Assembly: GCF_900111395.1 (NCBI RefSeq)
Contig: NZ_FOHV01000002.1
Span: forward strand, 59,675 to 123,674
From: Thorsellia anophelis DSM 18579
GTDB lineage: Bacteria > Pseudomonadota > Gammaproteobacteria > Enterobacterales > Thorselliaceae
Length of the DNA: 64,000 bases
Direction of reading: 5' to 3'
Shown: positions 42,628-53,470 of the stretch, one piece after another
How the letters are laid out: each line of letters starts with the position of its first letter
How positions within the stretch are numbered: the stretch's first letter is position 1
Program-made: the position numbers and the translations under genes
The notes under the pieces: model-generated
Database searches by the model: none
What the model saw: the letters and a program-made list of their open reading frames with translations, nothing else
What the model was told of the DNA's origin: nothing

Positions 42628-43500
42628 ATGTTAGATTCAATTAGAGTATTATTCCAGCACTTATTGCCTAAGCAGTTGCTGACTGTTTTACTAGGATTTG
42701 TTGCAGAGAAACAGTTAGGTTGGTTTACGCAAGGACTTATCAAAATTTTTATCAAAGCCTATCATGTAGATATGCAAGAAGCGAAAGAATCAGAACCAAA
42801 GGCTTATAAAACGTTCAATGAGTTTTTTACAAGACCCTTAAAAGAGGGCGTAAGACCGATTGATGAAAATTTATCGAGTCTTGTGTTTCCTGCAGACGGT
42901 AAATTAAGTCAGTTTGGAGATGTTGAAGGGGAAGCTCTCGTTCAGGCAAAAGGACATACTTACACTTTAACTGCTTTACTCGCGGGTAATACCCCATTGA
43001 TTGATGCATTTGCTGGAGGTCTGTTTGCGACAATTTATCTTTCACCCCGCGATTACCACCGACTTCATATGCCTTGTGACGGGGTGTTAAGAGAAATGAT
43101 TTATGTTCCTGGAGATTTATTTTCTGTGAATTTGCATACTGCAGCACATATTCCGAACTTATTTGCACGTAATGAGAGACTTATTTGTATTTTCGATACC
43201 GAGTTTGGTCTTATGGCACAAATTTTAGTAGGAGCAACAATTGTTGGTAGTATTGAAACGGTGTGGGCTGGATGCGTAACCCCACCAAGAGAGGGGATTA
43301 TCCAGAGATGGACTTATCCAAAAGAGGGTGAGGTAGATGAATCTTTAGTGATTAAGTTGAAAAAAGGTCAAGAGATGGGACGCTTTAAACTCGGTTCAAC
43401 AGTCATTAATCTTTTTGTTAAAGATTCACTTACCTTTGATGCAACTGTGACACTAGGTCAATCGACGAAGCTTGGTGAATTATTTTTACAGAAAAAATAA
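42628..43500 (+). CDS. psd: Phosphatidylserine decarboxylase proenzyme
   Basis: Collinear with E. coli Psd, including the LGST self-cleavage motif ([11 protein letters not shown]) and [12 protein letters not shown]. Start set at MLDSIRV. Confidence 0.9.
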   Translation: MLDSIRVLFQHLLPKQLLTVLLGFVAEKQLGWFTQGLIKIFIKAYHVDMQEAKESEPKAYKTFNEFFTRPLKEGVRPIDENLSSLVFPADGKLSQFGDVEGEALVQAKGHTYTLTALLAGNTPLIDAFAGGLFATIYLSPRDYHRLHMPCDGVLREMIYVPGDLFSVNLHTAAHIPNLFARNERLICIFDTEFGLMAQILVGATIVGSIETVWAGCVTPPREGIIQRWTYPKEGEVDESLVIKLKKGQEMGRFKLGSTVINLFVKDSLTFDATVTLGQSTKLGELFLQKK

Positions 43501-43518
43501 CCATAAATCGCATCATAG

Positions 43519-43546
43519 AAGCGAATGATGATTTTATCATTCGCTT
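43519..43546 (+). terminator. Perfect 11-bp hairpin immediately after psd (no U-tract)
   Basis: AAGCGAATGAT gatttt ATCATTCGCTT. Lacks a T-run, so it may be rho-dependent or a stability element. Confidence 0.35.
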
Positions 43547-44181
43547 AAAATAGCCTTGTTTATTAAATGAGCTCATAGCTCATTACACGGCTAAGTGGAA
43601 GGCATCGAAGAAAAAGGCATAGAAGCAGCCTATTGATAAAGACGAGTATTAATTTACTAAATTAACAATCAAAGCTAAAAGCTATCGAAGTATCTCTTGT
43701 TGATTGCAATCTGAGTTGCTAGTATTTGAAGATAAACCCTATTTTGTTGTTAAGATTAGTCTTTGGGATGGAATAAATCCGTCATTTAAAGGACTTATGA
43801 TTCTAATGACAAATCAGAATATTACCAGGTTAGCTCAAGCTAGGGCTATTTATGCAGGTTATATTTTGTTTTTTAAAACAGAATTTAGGTTGGTTGATTT
43901 TTAAGTTTTTGATTTTTAATTGATTAATGGTTTATTGGCGATTGTTTTTTTAGTGAGTTACTTTAAGGAAATTGAGGGCCAATTAAACACCCACCCCTTA
44001 GCATTATTTCACTGCGATATTGCCCTTTCTAAAGTAAAGTACACTTTTTTATTTTCGGGTAGGATGAATACAAGTCGCTAGTTATCTAGAAGTTGCCGAT
44101 TTGATGAAAGAAAATAACATATGTGTGTGCGTTTTTAAACATAATACCACTTATTTACATCTCGATTGATAGGAGTATTTG

Positions 44182-47100
44182 ATGACACTTCCCCCTGTGT
44201 TTACAGAGCAGAGTTTTACAGCAAAAGAAGTTCAAGATTTTCGAAATGTATGGCGCAAAGCCTTCACTGCTTTATTAGCAGGTGATGAAGAAAAAGCAGC
44301 TTTTTTGCCTGAAACAATTCGCGCTTTACCCAAGCCCGTAATTGAATTTGCTAGCCAATTATTCCCCAGTAATACTTCTGGGCATAACGCTTCAGGTATG
44401 AAATTATATTTCACTTTAGAAAGTGCTTCGTTTGCCGCTATTTTGCCATTGATACCTGAAGATCTATGGCAAAATGAGGATTATTTAACCTTATTCACCT
44501 ATTTATATGGAGCTGAAAGGTTGCCTTTAGTGAAGCATACGTGGCATAAAATCCCCGAGAAAATCTATCAATATGGTTATTACCGTCGCTCTTTTCGTGC
44601 ACCACAAGATAGCCAACGGATACGAGTTAATCAATTGAATTTTTTATCTAATATTTGCCAGCCATCTAGATGGTACGATAACAATAACAATAAATGGCAT
44701 TATTATCAATTGAGTCTAGTTGAACAAATTAGGTATGATCATCAATTATATCAAACTTCCCAAATGCTACTTTGGTCGGCGGCATTAGATCTAGAATACC
44801 CTGAAATTTACCAAACCTTTGAAGATATTATTTTTAATAAAGATAATATTGGAAAAGTCAGTGTTACACTGATTCAGGCATTATTGAATAGTGAAAAGGT
44901 CGCCAGTTGGCAATTAGTCGAAAAATTACTATTAGCCGCTCAACGCCAAGAAGGCTTGCGTCAAATGATTTTAGAATCCTTAGATGAAACCAGTATTGGT
45001 GCTTTAACTTATATGATCCAAGTGATTTTGGAACATAAATTGACGCGTTTTTCATCATTAGTACGTGCGGTCGATACTTGGACAGGTCTCGGTTGGGAAG
45101 CTGAAAAAGAGCGCGTAGTAAAAGATATCTTATCCTTAGCCCACACCTATTTACAGCAACCGGCGTTGATTTCACAGGCAATAAAAAGTAAAAATAATAA
45201 TGAAGTTTATATGGCACTGTGGGCGCAAGGAGTATTCGATATTGAAAAAACGCAGCCCCATTTAAACTATTTAGTGCAACGAGGCAATGTTGAGAAAAAA
45301 TTATTAGCCATCAAATTTGCCAGTGAGATAAATATTCCCACCTTAGAAATTCCCTTTTATTTATCGATTTTAAATAGCCTAAATAATGAACTAGATGATT
45401 CAAAGGCTAAAGTGGGAGAAAGTAATCAAAAATTGATGATTTTAGGTGCGTTGTTCAGTCGTTTAGTTGAGTTATTTCAGCAGCACAATGCAGGCTATGC
45501 TGATTCACAATTATTTGCGAAAATTTATGCTCTAGCAGCAAGCATCCAGACCCAAGAACAAAGTTTTACTGGGAAGGTATTTTCTTGGTTAACTATAAAT
45601 TTTAGAAAAAGTGATATTTATTTAGTACTCACCGAATTAGCGGGCGATAATCAAACAGATAATAACCAATTATTAGCAATATTTGATACGTTAGCGATTA
45701 ATGTGCGTGAAGCCATCACCCTAAAAATATTAGGTCGCCATTATTATTATGCTTATGAATTTAATACAATAGAAAAGCCTTCCACATTAACTGCAAGACA
45801 ACGTGAATTTTGTTTTCAAGTTTTGAGTGATCGTGCAGAAGGGATCGCGGCTAGCGCATTACGTGGTTTGTCATCGGTGCAACTTACCCCTGTTGAATTA
45901 GAGCAAATCTACCCATTACTGAAACGTAAAGCGGCTAGAGTACGTAAAAATACCATCACATTGATGGCTAAGCAGTCAGATACTACCCTAGAAACCTTTA
46001 TTGCAAGCCACCTTACGCTTGGGGATCTGGAACAAAAAATCGGGCTATTAGATCTCATTTTGCAATTAAAAACACAACAACGTTTATTGACTCAGATCGA
46101 TAAATGGGCAGAGCGTTATCAGAAAGAAAATAAAGTGTCCGCACGTGAGTTAACTTTATTACAGCAGTTGACCCAAAACGGTGATGAGCAAGCGTTTGTG
46201 TCTGCCGAAAACGGTTATGGATTATTTGATCCCAGTCGGATTGAGGCTAAACAACCACTCAGTGTGAAGACAGATAGTCTGTATCAAAAGCGTATTGCAA
46301 AAGAGCAATATGGGTTTTCTCAACCACTAGATACAATCAAAGTACATTTAGCCGCACTGAATCAATTGTATTTAGCGCACCAATATTACGAATATGAAGT
46401 AGAATATTATGGCGGAGAGTTTACTAAAGTTTTACTTAGCAATAGTTTACAATATAGCCGAAATACATTTGAGAAGGGGTATTCCGCTAGGGAGATTTTT
46501 GAACTTTTACCCCTTTGGCAAGAGTGGGAAAACTGGTATCAAGCCTCTGGTTTAGATCCGATTGATCTACTGTTATTGACCTTGATTGATGGCTGTAATC
46601 GAAAAGTGTGGCGGGATACATTAAGTCCGATGATGTTTTTTCATAAAAATGTGCTGATTAATCCAAAACAATCGGCTTATCAATGGGATAATCCAGCTAA
46701 AACCATTCTTGAAGGTTTATTAAAATTAGAATTAGGGAATAAAGAGAACCAAAACGTGGTGGTTGACTTTTTATTAGATGCCTGTGAACAGCTATTTTTA
46801 TCATTACCTGACGAAATATTACAATACCAAATTGATACGAAGGATAGTTACGGCTACCATGGTGATGGTTGGCAACAAGAACCTATCTTTAGTACTTTCC
46901 TACACTCGGCTTATTCACACTCTGGGCCCACCCTTAAGTTAGATCTTGTCACTACGGCACGGTTATTTAAGTTATATAAATGGCGAATGGAGTCTGGTTT
47001 AGCGCATAATCGCGACCATGCTCGCCCCCCAATTGAGCTATATTTACAGGCATTCCATCATCAGCTGATCGGTGAAGATGAACTCTATTTTGCTTTATGT

Positions 47101-49335
47101 GAACCTAGTGCATTACGTAAATTGACAGCATGTTTACAAATTAAACAACAACACCAGTTTAATTATTGCCAACATTATCCATTTTTAACTGCGATGCTAA
47201 CGCGCATTATCAATATGTGTTTAGATATTGAATTGATACGTGGCGATTCAAGCACTTTAGTAACTCATTTTAGTCAAGAGTTACAAGTTATTTTTGGCAG
47301 TCAACGTTTAGTGCAAATTTTAGTCGGTTTAGATAAAACCAATCTATATCGAGGGTATATTTACGCAGGCTATAATCAAAACCAGCTTAATAAACAGCAA
47401 ATGTTCAGTTATTTATTAAAGCGTTGTTATCCACTGCCGACGGATACTCAAGCGGAATTTAACCAAATGGTTACCCAGTTTAACATTAAAGAATCACGGT
47501 TAATTGAAGCTGCAATCTACGCACCACAATGGCAAAAATGGGTGAGTGACTTTTTAGGGTGGAAGGGATTAGACTCAGCTATTTGGTGGATGCATGCGCA
47601 TACTAAAATCGCTAGCTATCAAGATGTGAATGCTGAAAATGAGAGTGAAATTGCCAGATATTCAGCTATCGATCTGAATGAATTTAAAAATGGTGCGGTG
47701 GATAAAGAGTGGTTTACGGCTGCTTATAAAGCCTTAGGCAAAACTCGTTGGAATATATTATATACTGCTGCTAAATATATTTCTGAAGGTAATGGTCATA
47801 AGCGAGCACGATTGTATGCAGATGTGATGACCGACAACTTAAAGATCCGTGAAGTGATAGCTAAAGTGAAAGAGATGCGTGATCAAGATTATTTGCGTGT
47901 TTATGGTTTGGTGCCATTGAGCAAAACTAACCCAGAAAAAGATGTACTTACGCGTTATGAATATTTGCAACAGTTTAAAAAAGAGAGTCGCGAATTTGGT
48001 GCTCAGAAACAAGCAAGCGAAGCATTAGCGATTCAAATTGCGATGGAAAACCTTGCCCGTAATGCTGGATATGCTGATCCGGTGCGTTTAACTTGGTCAA
48101 TGGAAATGCAGCAAGTGCAGCGTATTTTATCCACCGAAACCGATGTTATCTTGGATGATTTGCAGATTAAGTTAGTCGTTGATGCCACCGGTATCGCGGA
48201 CTTGGTTTATAGCAAAGCAGGTAAGCCTTTAAAATCCCTACCTAAGGCGCATAAAAAAAATCCTGAGGTATTATCTCTCATGGAGAAGCGTAAAACCTTA
48301 CGCGAGCAATATAAGCGGGCACTACGTGGATTAGAAGAGGCAATGGTGCGAGGGGATGAATTTACTCTACAAGAGATGTTGAACCTACTTGAACACCCAG
48401 TGATAACTCATCACTTACAAAAACTAGTCTTTATTACCCAGGATAAGCAAACAGGATTTTTACGTGACGGACAGCTAATTTCAGCAACGGGTGAAGTTCA
48501 CCCTTTGCATGACGAGGCTCAAACACTTCGCCTACGGATTGCACACTGCGTTGATTTACATCTTACTCAAGAATGGGTGGCCTATCAGAAGGTTTGTTTT
48601 AATCAGCAATTACAGCAACCGTTTAAACAAGTGTTCCGTGAACTGTATCTGCCTACTGCGGATGAACTTGCCGCCAAAACCGTCTCCCACCGTTATGCAG
48701 GGCACCAAGTCGCGCCTAAACAGACTTTAGCACTGCTAAAAACACGTGGATGGAAAGTCGATTATGAAAGTGGCTTACAAAAAGTTTTCCATAAACATGG
48801 TTTTATCGCCAGAATATATGCTGTAGCTGATTGGTTTTCACCTGCTGACGTTGAAAGCCCTACTTTAGAAACGGTTGAATTTAACTCACTTAAAACGGGG
48901 GACAACGTTGAGTTCAGTTCGATTGCACCTATTATTTTCTCAGAAGTAATGCGTGATTTGGATTTAGTGGTTTCTGTTGCTCATGTTGGTGAGGTTGATC
49001 CAGAAGCAAGTCAATCATCAATTGAGCTACGTGCTGCACTGTTACGTGAAACTGTAGATTTATTTAAACTTAAGAACATTGAGATTGCTGGCAGTCATGC
49101 CCTCATCACTGGCAGTTTAGCCCAATACAGTATACATTTAGGCAGCGCGGTAGTGCATCAATTAGGTGGTAGTTATCTATCCATCATAGCGGTACCCTCT
49201 CAGCATCGCGGACGGATATTTCTCCCCTTTATGGATGAAGATCCAAGGACAGCCGAAATCATGGCAAAAGTATTGTTGTTAGCGTGCGATGATGAAATTC
49301 AAGATCCGACCATTTTGCAACAAATTAGGCGGTAA
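44182..49335 (+). CDS. Giant (~1717 aa) alpha-helical hypothetical protein; possibly DUF4132/MolR-like C-terminal region
   Basis: Single uninterrupted ORF with AGGAG SD 6 nt before the ATG. No P-loop, nuclease, protease or TM motifs seen. Helical-repeat composition. The C-terminal segment (…VSVAHVGEVDPEASQSSIELRAALLRETVDLF…GSHALITGSLAQYSIHLGSAVVHQLGG…) resembles, from memory, the C-terminus of DUF4132 proteins such as E. coli YehI/MolR; unverified. Confidence 0.5.
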   Translation: MTLPPVFTEQSFTAKEVQDFRNVWRKAFTALLAGDEEKAAFLPETIRALPKPVIEFASQLFPSNTSGHNASGMKLYFTLESASFAAILPLIPEDLWQNEDYLTLFTYLYGAERLPLVKHTWHKIPEKIYQYGYYRRSFRAPQDSQRIRVNQLNFLSNICQPSRWYDNNNNKWHYYQLSLVEQIRYDHQLYQTSQMLLWSAALDLEYPEIYQTFEDIIFNKDNIGKVSVTLIQALLNSEKVASWQLVEKLLLAAQRQEGLRQMILESLDETSIGALTYMIQVILEHKLTRFSSLVRAVDTWTGLGWEAEKERVVKDILSLAHTYLQQPALISQAIKSKNNNEVYMALWAQGVFDIEKTQPHLNYLVQRGNVEKKLLAIKFASEINIPTLEIPFYLSILNSLNNELDDSKAKVGESNQKLMILGALFSRLVELFQQHNAGYADSQLFAKIYALAASIQTQEQSFTGKVFSWLTINFRKSDIYLVLTELAGDNQTDNNQLLAIFDTLAINVREAITLKILGRHYYYAYEFNTIEKPSTLTARQREFCFQVLSDRAEGIAASALRGLSSVQLTPVELEQIYPLLKRKAARVRKNTITLMAKQSDTTLETFIASHLTLGDLEQKIGLLDLILQLKTQQRLLTQIDKWAERYQKENKVSARELTLLQQLTQNGDEQAFVSAENGYGLFDPSRIEAKQPLSVKTDSLYQKRIAKEQYGFSQPLDTIKVHLAALNQLYLAHQYYEYEVEYYGGEFTKVLLSNSLQYSRNTFEKGYSAREIFELLPLWQEWENWYQASGLDPIDLLLLTLIDGCNRKVWRDTLSPMMFFHKNVLINPKQSAYQWDNPAKTILEGLLKLELGNKENQNVVVDFLLDACEQLFLSLPDEILQYQIDTKDSYGYHGDGWQQEPIFSTFLHSAYSHSGPTLKLDLVTTARLFKLYKWRMESGLAHNRDHARPPIELYLQAFHHQLIGEDELYFALCEPSALRKLTACLQIKQQHQFNYCQHYPFLTAMLTRIINMCLDIELIRGDSSTLVTHFSQELQVIFGSQRLVQILVGLDKTNLYRGYIYAGYNQNQLNKQQMFSYLLKRCYPLPTDTQAEFNQMVTQFNIKESRLIEAAIYAPQWQKWVSDFLGWKGLDSAIWWMHAHTKIASYQDVNAENESEIARYSAIDLNEFKNGAVDKEWFTAAYKALGKTRWNILYTAAKYISEGNGHKRARLYADVMTDNLKIREVIAKVKEMRDQDYLRVYGLVPLSKTNPEKDVLTRYEYLQQFKKESREFGAQKQASEALAIQIAMENLARNAGYADPVRLTWSMEMQQVQRILSTETDVILDDLQIKLVVDATGIADLVYSKAGKPLKSLPKAHKKNPEVLSLMEKRKTLREQYKRALRGLEEAMVRGDEFTLQEMLNLLEHPVITHHLQKLVFITQDKQTGFLRDGQLISATGEVHPLHDEAQTLRLRIAHCVDLHLTQEWVAYQKVCFNQQLQQPFKQVFRELYLPTADELAAKTVSHRYAGHQVAPKQTLALLKTRGWKVDYESGLQKVFHKHGFIARIYAVADWFSPADVESPTLETVEFNSLKTGDNVEFSSIAPIIFSEVMRDLDLVVSVAHVGEVDPEASQSSIELRAALLRETVDLFKLKNIEIAGSHALITGSLAQYSIHLGSAVVHQLGGSYLSIIAVPSQHRGRIFLPFMDEDPRTAEIMAKVLLLACDDEIQDPTILQQIRR

Positions 49336-49844
49336 GGTTAGTATTTTCGGCGTAACATTAGCTATATATCTTTATTGCTTCAGCTGAGGTCGTTGCAAAA
49401 TTGCTTGTGAATGTTGTTTTTTAGGTTTTAAGATCAAACGTTATGATTTATTTATCATATTTCGTATTTTTAAAGGCTTTTGTAGACGGTTTGCCAATCG
49501 CTGTTAAAAAGTGCATAAATTTGGCTTTTTAACTCGTTTTTATGATGTTTTTCGCTCAGTTTTTTTGACCGATTTTTTTGCTTATTCTGTTGCTTAATCG
49601 TGCACTAGAGATTAGGCAGGATTGAGGGCTAAGAGTCACTACTTTCCATGGCCTGCTTGTCGCGGTAGGACTTAGCCTCGAGTTTGATGATGTAGTACTT
49701 CTCGATTAATCTATCGATTAAAGAGATGGCGGTGGCGTTATTTTCAATGCCCTCAAAAAAAGGATTCAGTGCAAGGCTTCCCAGTTATGGTTTCGTGAAT
49801 TCCCTTATCAGAATTGGTTTTACTGTGGAAACCATAAACTTGAA

Positions 49845-50222
49845 GTGAATTCCGAGAAAGATTTGAAAAGAATCATGATTAAAGAGAAAGAACTCACTGT
49901 CAGCTGTGCAGAACTTGCTGACTATGAAGTGGTAGACGCGATTGGCAAGCTGATTTCATTTGAGCATGTCGCAGAATTATTTCAGGGTTTAGTCAATCTT
50001 AGCCCTAGAAAAGTACAAGATATTCTTGAACGAAGTAGCTCTGTTCAGGCAAACCGAGTATTTCTATTTCTGGGTCGATACTACGATCACCAGTGGGTCA
50101 ATCGCGTAGATGAGACAAGAATTAAATTGGGAGCAGGAAAGCGGCAGGTTGTCGAAAAAGGGCGTTTTGATGAGCGATATCAAATCACAGTGCCAGAGAT
50201 ATTAAACGTCAAAAAAAGATGA
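49845..50222 (+). CDS. Hypothetical 125-aa protein (orphan)
   Basis: Intact ORF with no recognisable family. Lies between an IS-like remnant and the purF 3' end. Confidence 0.35.
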   Translation: MNSEKDLKRIMIKEKELTVSCAELADYEVVDAIGKLISFEHVAELFQGLVNLSPRKVQDILERSSSVQANRVFLFLGRYYDHQWVNRVDETRIKLGAGKRQVVEKGRFDERYQITVPEILNVKKR

Positions 50223-50517
50223 ATAACAGAATGGATAAAGATAGCCCATATTACAAACAGGTTTCTTTGCTCAAAAGAATGCTTCCTGTGGTAGCAACAG
50301 AGACGGTTTTAGCATTACTTAACGCCCACTGAATGGGAATCGGAATAATATCTGCCCCTGCAACTTGAAGTAACTACAGTATAATTTTACAAAAAAATGT
50401 CAATTCAATGTGTCAATATGCAGTTAAATTAGCATTGACTATTTTTTTATGAACTGAATGCCTCGTAATAAGATCCAAGATAATTTTTAGACACTATCTT
50501 GAACCTAATCTTATTTT

Positions 50518-52056
50518 TTAGCCTTCATTATACATATCTAGATTTTCTATCTCATGAGTGGCCTTAATCGCTTGATTATCCGCATTTCTGATGGCATCTA
50601 AACGTTCAAAGTAGGCATCATTTACTTCATCACTCGCATAAACACCATCAAATACTGAGCAATCAAAATCAGTTAAAGTAGGATTTTCTTCTGTGATGGC
50701 TGATTTTAAGTCTTCTAAGTCTTGGAATATAAGCTTATCTGCACCGATTAACTGTCTGATATCTTCAAGCTCTCTTTCATGAGCAATCAATTCGGTTACA
50801 CTTGGCATATCAATACCATACACATTGGCAAAACGAACTTCTGGCGCGGCTGAGGCGAGGTACACTTTTTTAGCACCTGCTTCACGAGCTAAATTCATAA
50901 TTTGCTCAGAGGTCGTACCTCTAACGATTGAATCATCCACTAAAAGTACATTTTTACCTTTAAATTCTGCCGCATTAGCATTTAATTTACGTCTGACAGA
51001 AGCGCTTCTTGCCTCTTGACCTGGCATAATAAAGGTACGACCAACATAGCGATTTTTAACAAATCCTTGACGATAAGGTTTATTTAGAATTCTAGCGATT
51101 TCTAAAGCAGAATCGCATGAGGTTTCAGGAATAGGGATAACGACATCGATGTCGACATCTTGCCATTCCCGTGCAATTTTCTCACCTAGTTTTTTGCCCA
51201 TATTAAGCCTAGCGTTATAAACCGAAACATTATTGATAAAAGAGTCGGGTCTTGCAAAATAGACATATTCAAATATACATGGGCGTAATTTAGGATTCTT
51301 CACACAAATTTTACTATGGAGTTCCGCTTCAGCTGAAATATAGACTGCTTCACCAGGTAAAATATCACGAATCAGCTTAAATCCCAATGTATCTAGTGCG
51401 ACACTCTCTGAGGCTACCATGTATTCTTTATGTTCCGATGTAACACCATTTCGTGTGATTGAGACAATTTTTTCTCCTAAGACTAATGGTCGAATGCCAA
51501 ATGGATCTCTAAATGCAATTAAGCCATATCCACTTATCATCGCAACACAGGCGTATGCGCCTAGAAGGCGAGCATGCGTGCGTTCAATAGCACTAAAAAT
51601 CACTTCTGGAGTAAGGGTTAAATCAGTACATTTATCTAACTCGCTAGCAAGAACATTTAATAACACTTCTGAGTCCGAAGTAGTATTAATATGTCTTTTA
51701 TTGGTTTGATATAATGATTTTCTAAGTGATTCAGTATTGGTCAAATTACCATTATGGGCAAGCGTTAGTCCATAAGGAGAGTTAACATAAAATGGTTGAG
51801 CCTCTGAAGCGCTAGAGCTGCCAGCAGTTGGGTAACGGACATGGCCTATTCCCATGTTGCCTTGTAATCTCTGCATATGTTTAAGCCCAAATACATCTTT
51901 AACCAATCCATTTGCTTTTCTCAGGCGAAAAGCACCAAGGTGGTCTAATGTTACTATACCTGCTGCGTCTTGCCCTCTGTGTTGTAAAACAGTTAAAGCA
52001 TCATAAATTGATTGGTTTACAGGAGATACTCCGACGACCCCAACGATTCCGCACAT
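50518..52056 (-). CDS. purF: Amidophosphoribosyltransferase
   Basis: MCGIVGV N-terminal nucleophile. PRTase motif [13 protein letters not shown]. Conserved cvpA-purF linkage. Confidence 0.96.
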   Translation of the reverse strand: MCGIVGVVGVSPVNQSIYDALTVLQHRGQDAAGIVTLDHLGAFRLRKANGLVKDVFGLKHMQRLQGNMGIGHVRYPTAGSSSASEAQPFYVNSPYGLTLAHNGNLTNTESLRKSLYQTNKRHINTTSDSEVLLNVLASELDKCTDLTLTPEVIFSAIERTHARLLGAYACVAMISGYGLIAFRDPFGIRPLVLGEKIVSITRNGVTSEHKEYMVASESVALDTLGFKLIRDILPGEAVYISAEAELHSKICVKNPKLRPCIFEYVYFARPDSFINNVSVYNARLNMGKKLGEKIAREWQDVDIDVVIPIPETSCDSALEIARILNKPYRQGFVKNRYVGRTFIMPGQEARSASVRRKLNANAAEFKGKNVLLVDDSIVRGTTSEQIMNLAREAGAKKVYLASAAPEVRFANVYGIDMPSVTELIAHERELEDIRQLIGADKLIFQDLEDLKSAITEENPTLTDFDCSVFDGVYASDEVNDAYFERLDAIRNADNQAIKATHEIENLDMYNEG

Positions 52057-52128
52057 ACCATGCTCCTAAAGATGTTGTTGAAATATTCAAAAAAAACGCG
52101 ACCTTCTGATCGCGTGCAATATCATTAA

Positions 52129-52632
52129 TTATTTTTTATTCATATACTCAGCAAAAGTACTTGATGAAGTTTTTAGATAATCAAAGAACCAATGTTGAAT
52201 AGGTTTGAATTTACTGACGAGTTCAGATCTTCCCCAGTCTTCAGAACTACCAATACCAGTGAAGGCATCAATAAATAGTAGCAGAGCAGCGACTAGCAAA
52301 GTCCCTCTTAATGCACCAAAGCACATTCCTAGTAGTCTATCTGTACCACTTAGTCCTGTTTTGTCAACTATTGTTCCGATTAGGTGGTTAATAATACCCG
52401 CAACAATCAAAGTTGCAGCAAATAAGATTCCAATAGCAGTCGCATTTCGTAAAATAGTATCTTCAATTCCTGTAAGATAAACCGCTAGATAAGCATAAAA
52501 TTTGCTTGCGATAAAAAAAGCAGCTATCCAGCCAATTACAGAAAGTGCCTCACGGACGAACCCTCTGATTAAACTGATAAGTGTTGAGATACCGATGATG
52601 CCTAGAATAATATAATCAATCCAAATTAACAT
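52129..52632 (-). CDS. cvpA: Colicin V production membrane protein CvpA
   Basis: 167-aa 4-TM protein immediately upstream of purF. Confidence 0.85.
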   Translation of the reverse strand: MLIWIDYIILGIIGISTLISLIRGFVREALSVIGWIAAFFIASKFYAYLAVYLTGIEDTILRNATAIGILFAATLIVAGIINHLIGTIVDKTGLSGTDRLLGMCFGALRGTLLVAALLLFIDAFTGIGSSEDWGRSELVSKFKPIQHWFFDYLKTSSSTFAEYMNKK

Positions 52633-52706
52633 AATAACTCTTTATATATGAAAAATAACCTCTGGCAAGTTGATTCAACCAACCAATTACATTTACTGCT
52701 AATTAT

Positions 52707-53417
52707 CTACTTTAAAGTGACTACTTGTCCATCTAAACCCGTTAAACTTTTCAATTTACCAAGCTGTTGATTCAACGCTTGTTTAGAATCATTCGGACCG
52801 ACATAAACACGGGTAAGTTTAGCACCAGATACAGTGAAAGCTGGGTAGCCAGCTGCTTGTAATTTTGATACTAATTCATTTGCTCTTGTGCTATTTGATA
52901 ATGCCGCAAGCTGAACTGCATATTTACCTGAGGCTTGACTAGATTTAGTATCAACGGGCTTAGCTTTAGTTTGTTCAGCTGGTTTTTCCACAGGCTTCTC
53001 AATATTTGTGGCAACTTGTTTTGGTGTTGTTGTATTTAATTCCTTGGGCTGTGTATTTGGGATATTTGCATTTGATGCCGTTGTAAGAGGAATCAGACCT
53101 TGTACTTGAGCTGTTGTATCGATTATGGCTGTCTCATCTGTGGTATTTGCTATTTCATTTTGTTCATTTAAATTATTATTTGGAACTGAATAATGTTCTG
53201 GTAATTCATTACTGAGTTGAATATTTTGTCCGTTAATTTGTGGTGCTTCAATATACGTTTGATCAGTGTGGTTTTGATTTTGGGGGTATAAGGCAATAGC
53301 AGGTTGATTTTGTCCATTGTACCATTTTTTACCATCAAACAAACTCGGTAAAACAGCAACACTTATTCCAACTAGAATAATAGAACCGACTAATTGTTTT
53401 TGAAACTTACTCGCCAC
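52707..53417 (-). CDS. dedD: Cell division protein DedD (SPOR domain)
   Basis: N-terminal TM. Low-complexity Q/N/P/T-rich linker. C-terminal SPOR-like domain (YAVQLAALSNSTRANELVSKLQAAGYPAF). Canonical position. Confidence 0.7.
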   Translation of the reverse strand: MASKFQKQLVGSIILVGISVAVLPSLFDGKKWYNGQNQPAIALYPQNQNHTDQTYIEAPQINGQNIQLSNELPEHYSVPNNNLNEQNEIANTTDETAIIDTTAQVQGLIPLTTASNANIPNTQPKELNTTTPKQVATNIEKPVEKPAEQTKAKPVDTKSSQASGKYAVQLAALSNSTRANELVSKLQAAGYPAFTVSGAKLTRVYVGPNDSKQALNQQLGKLKSLTGLDGQVVTLK

Positions 53418-53470
53418 TGATAACTCCTTGTCGCTTACTATGAGCTTCTTTTTAAAGTAACAGGTAGTAT

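Noticed and set aside
43704-43904. 66-aa ORF upstream of the giant gene
   Set aside because: AT-rich intergenic context, no SD, and low-complexity translation; most likely spurious.
50223-50517. PurR operator near purF (ACAAACAGGTTTCT)
   Set aside because: It lies at the 3' end of purF, not upstream of cvpA-purF. The half-site spacing does not fit the AAACGTTT core.
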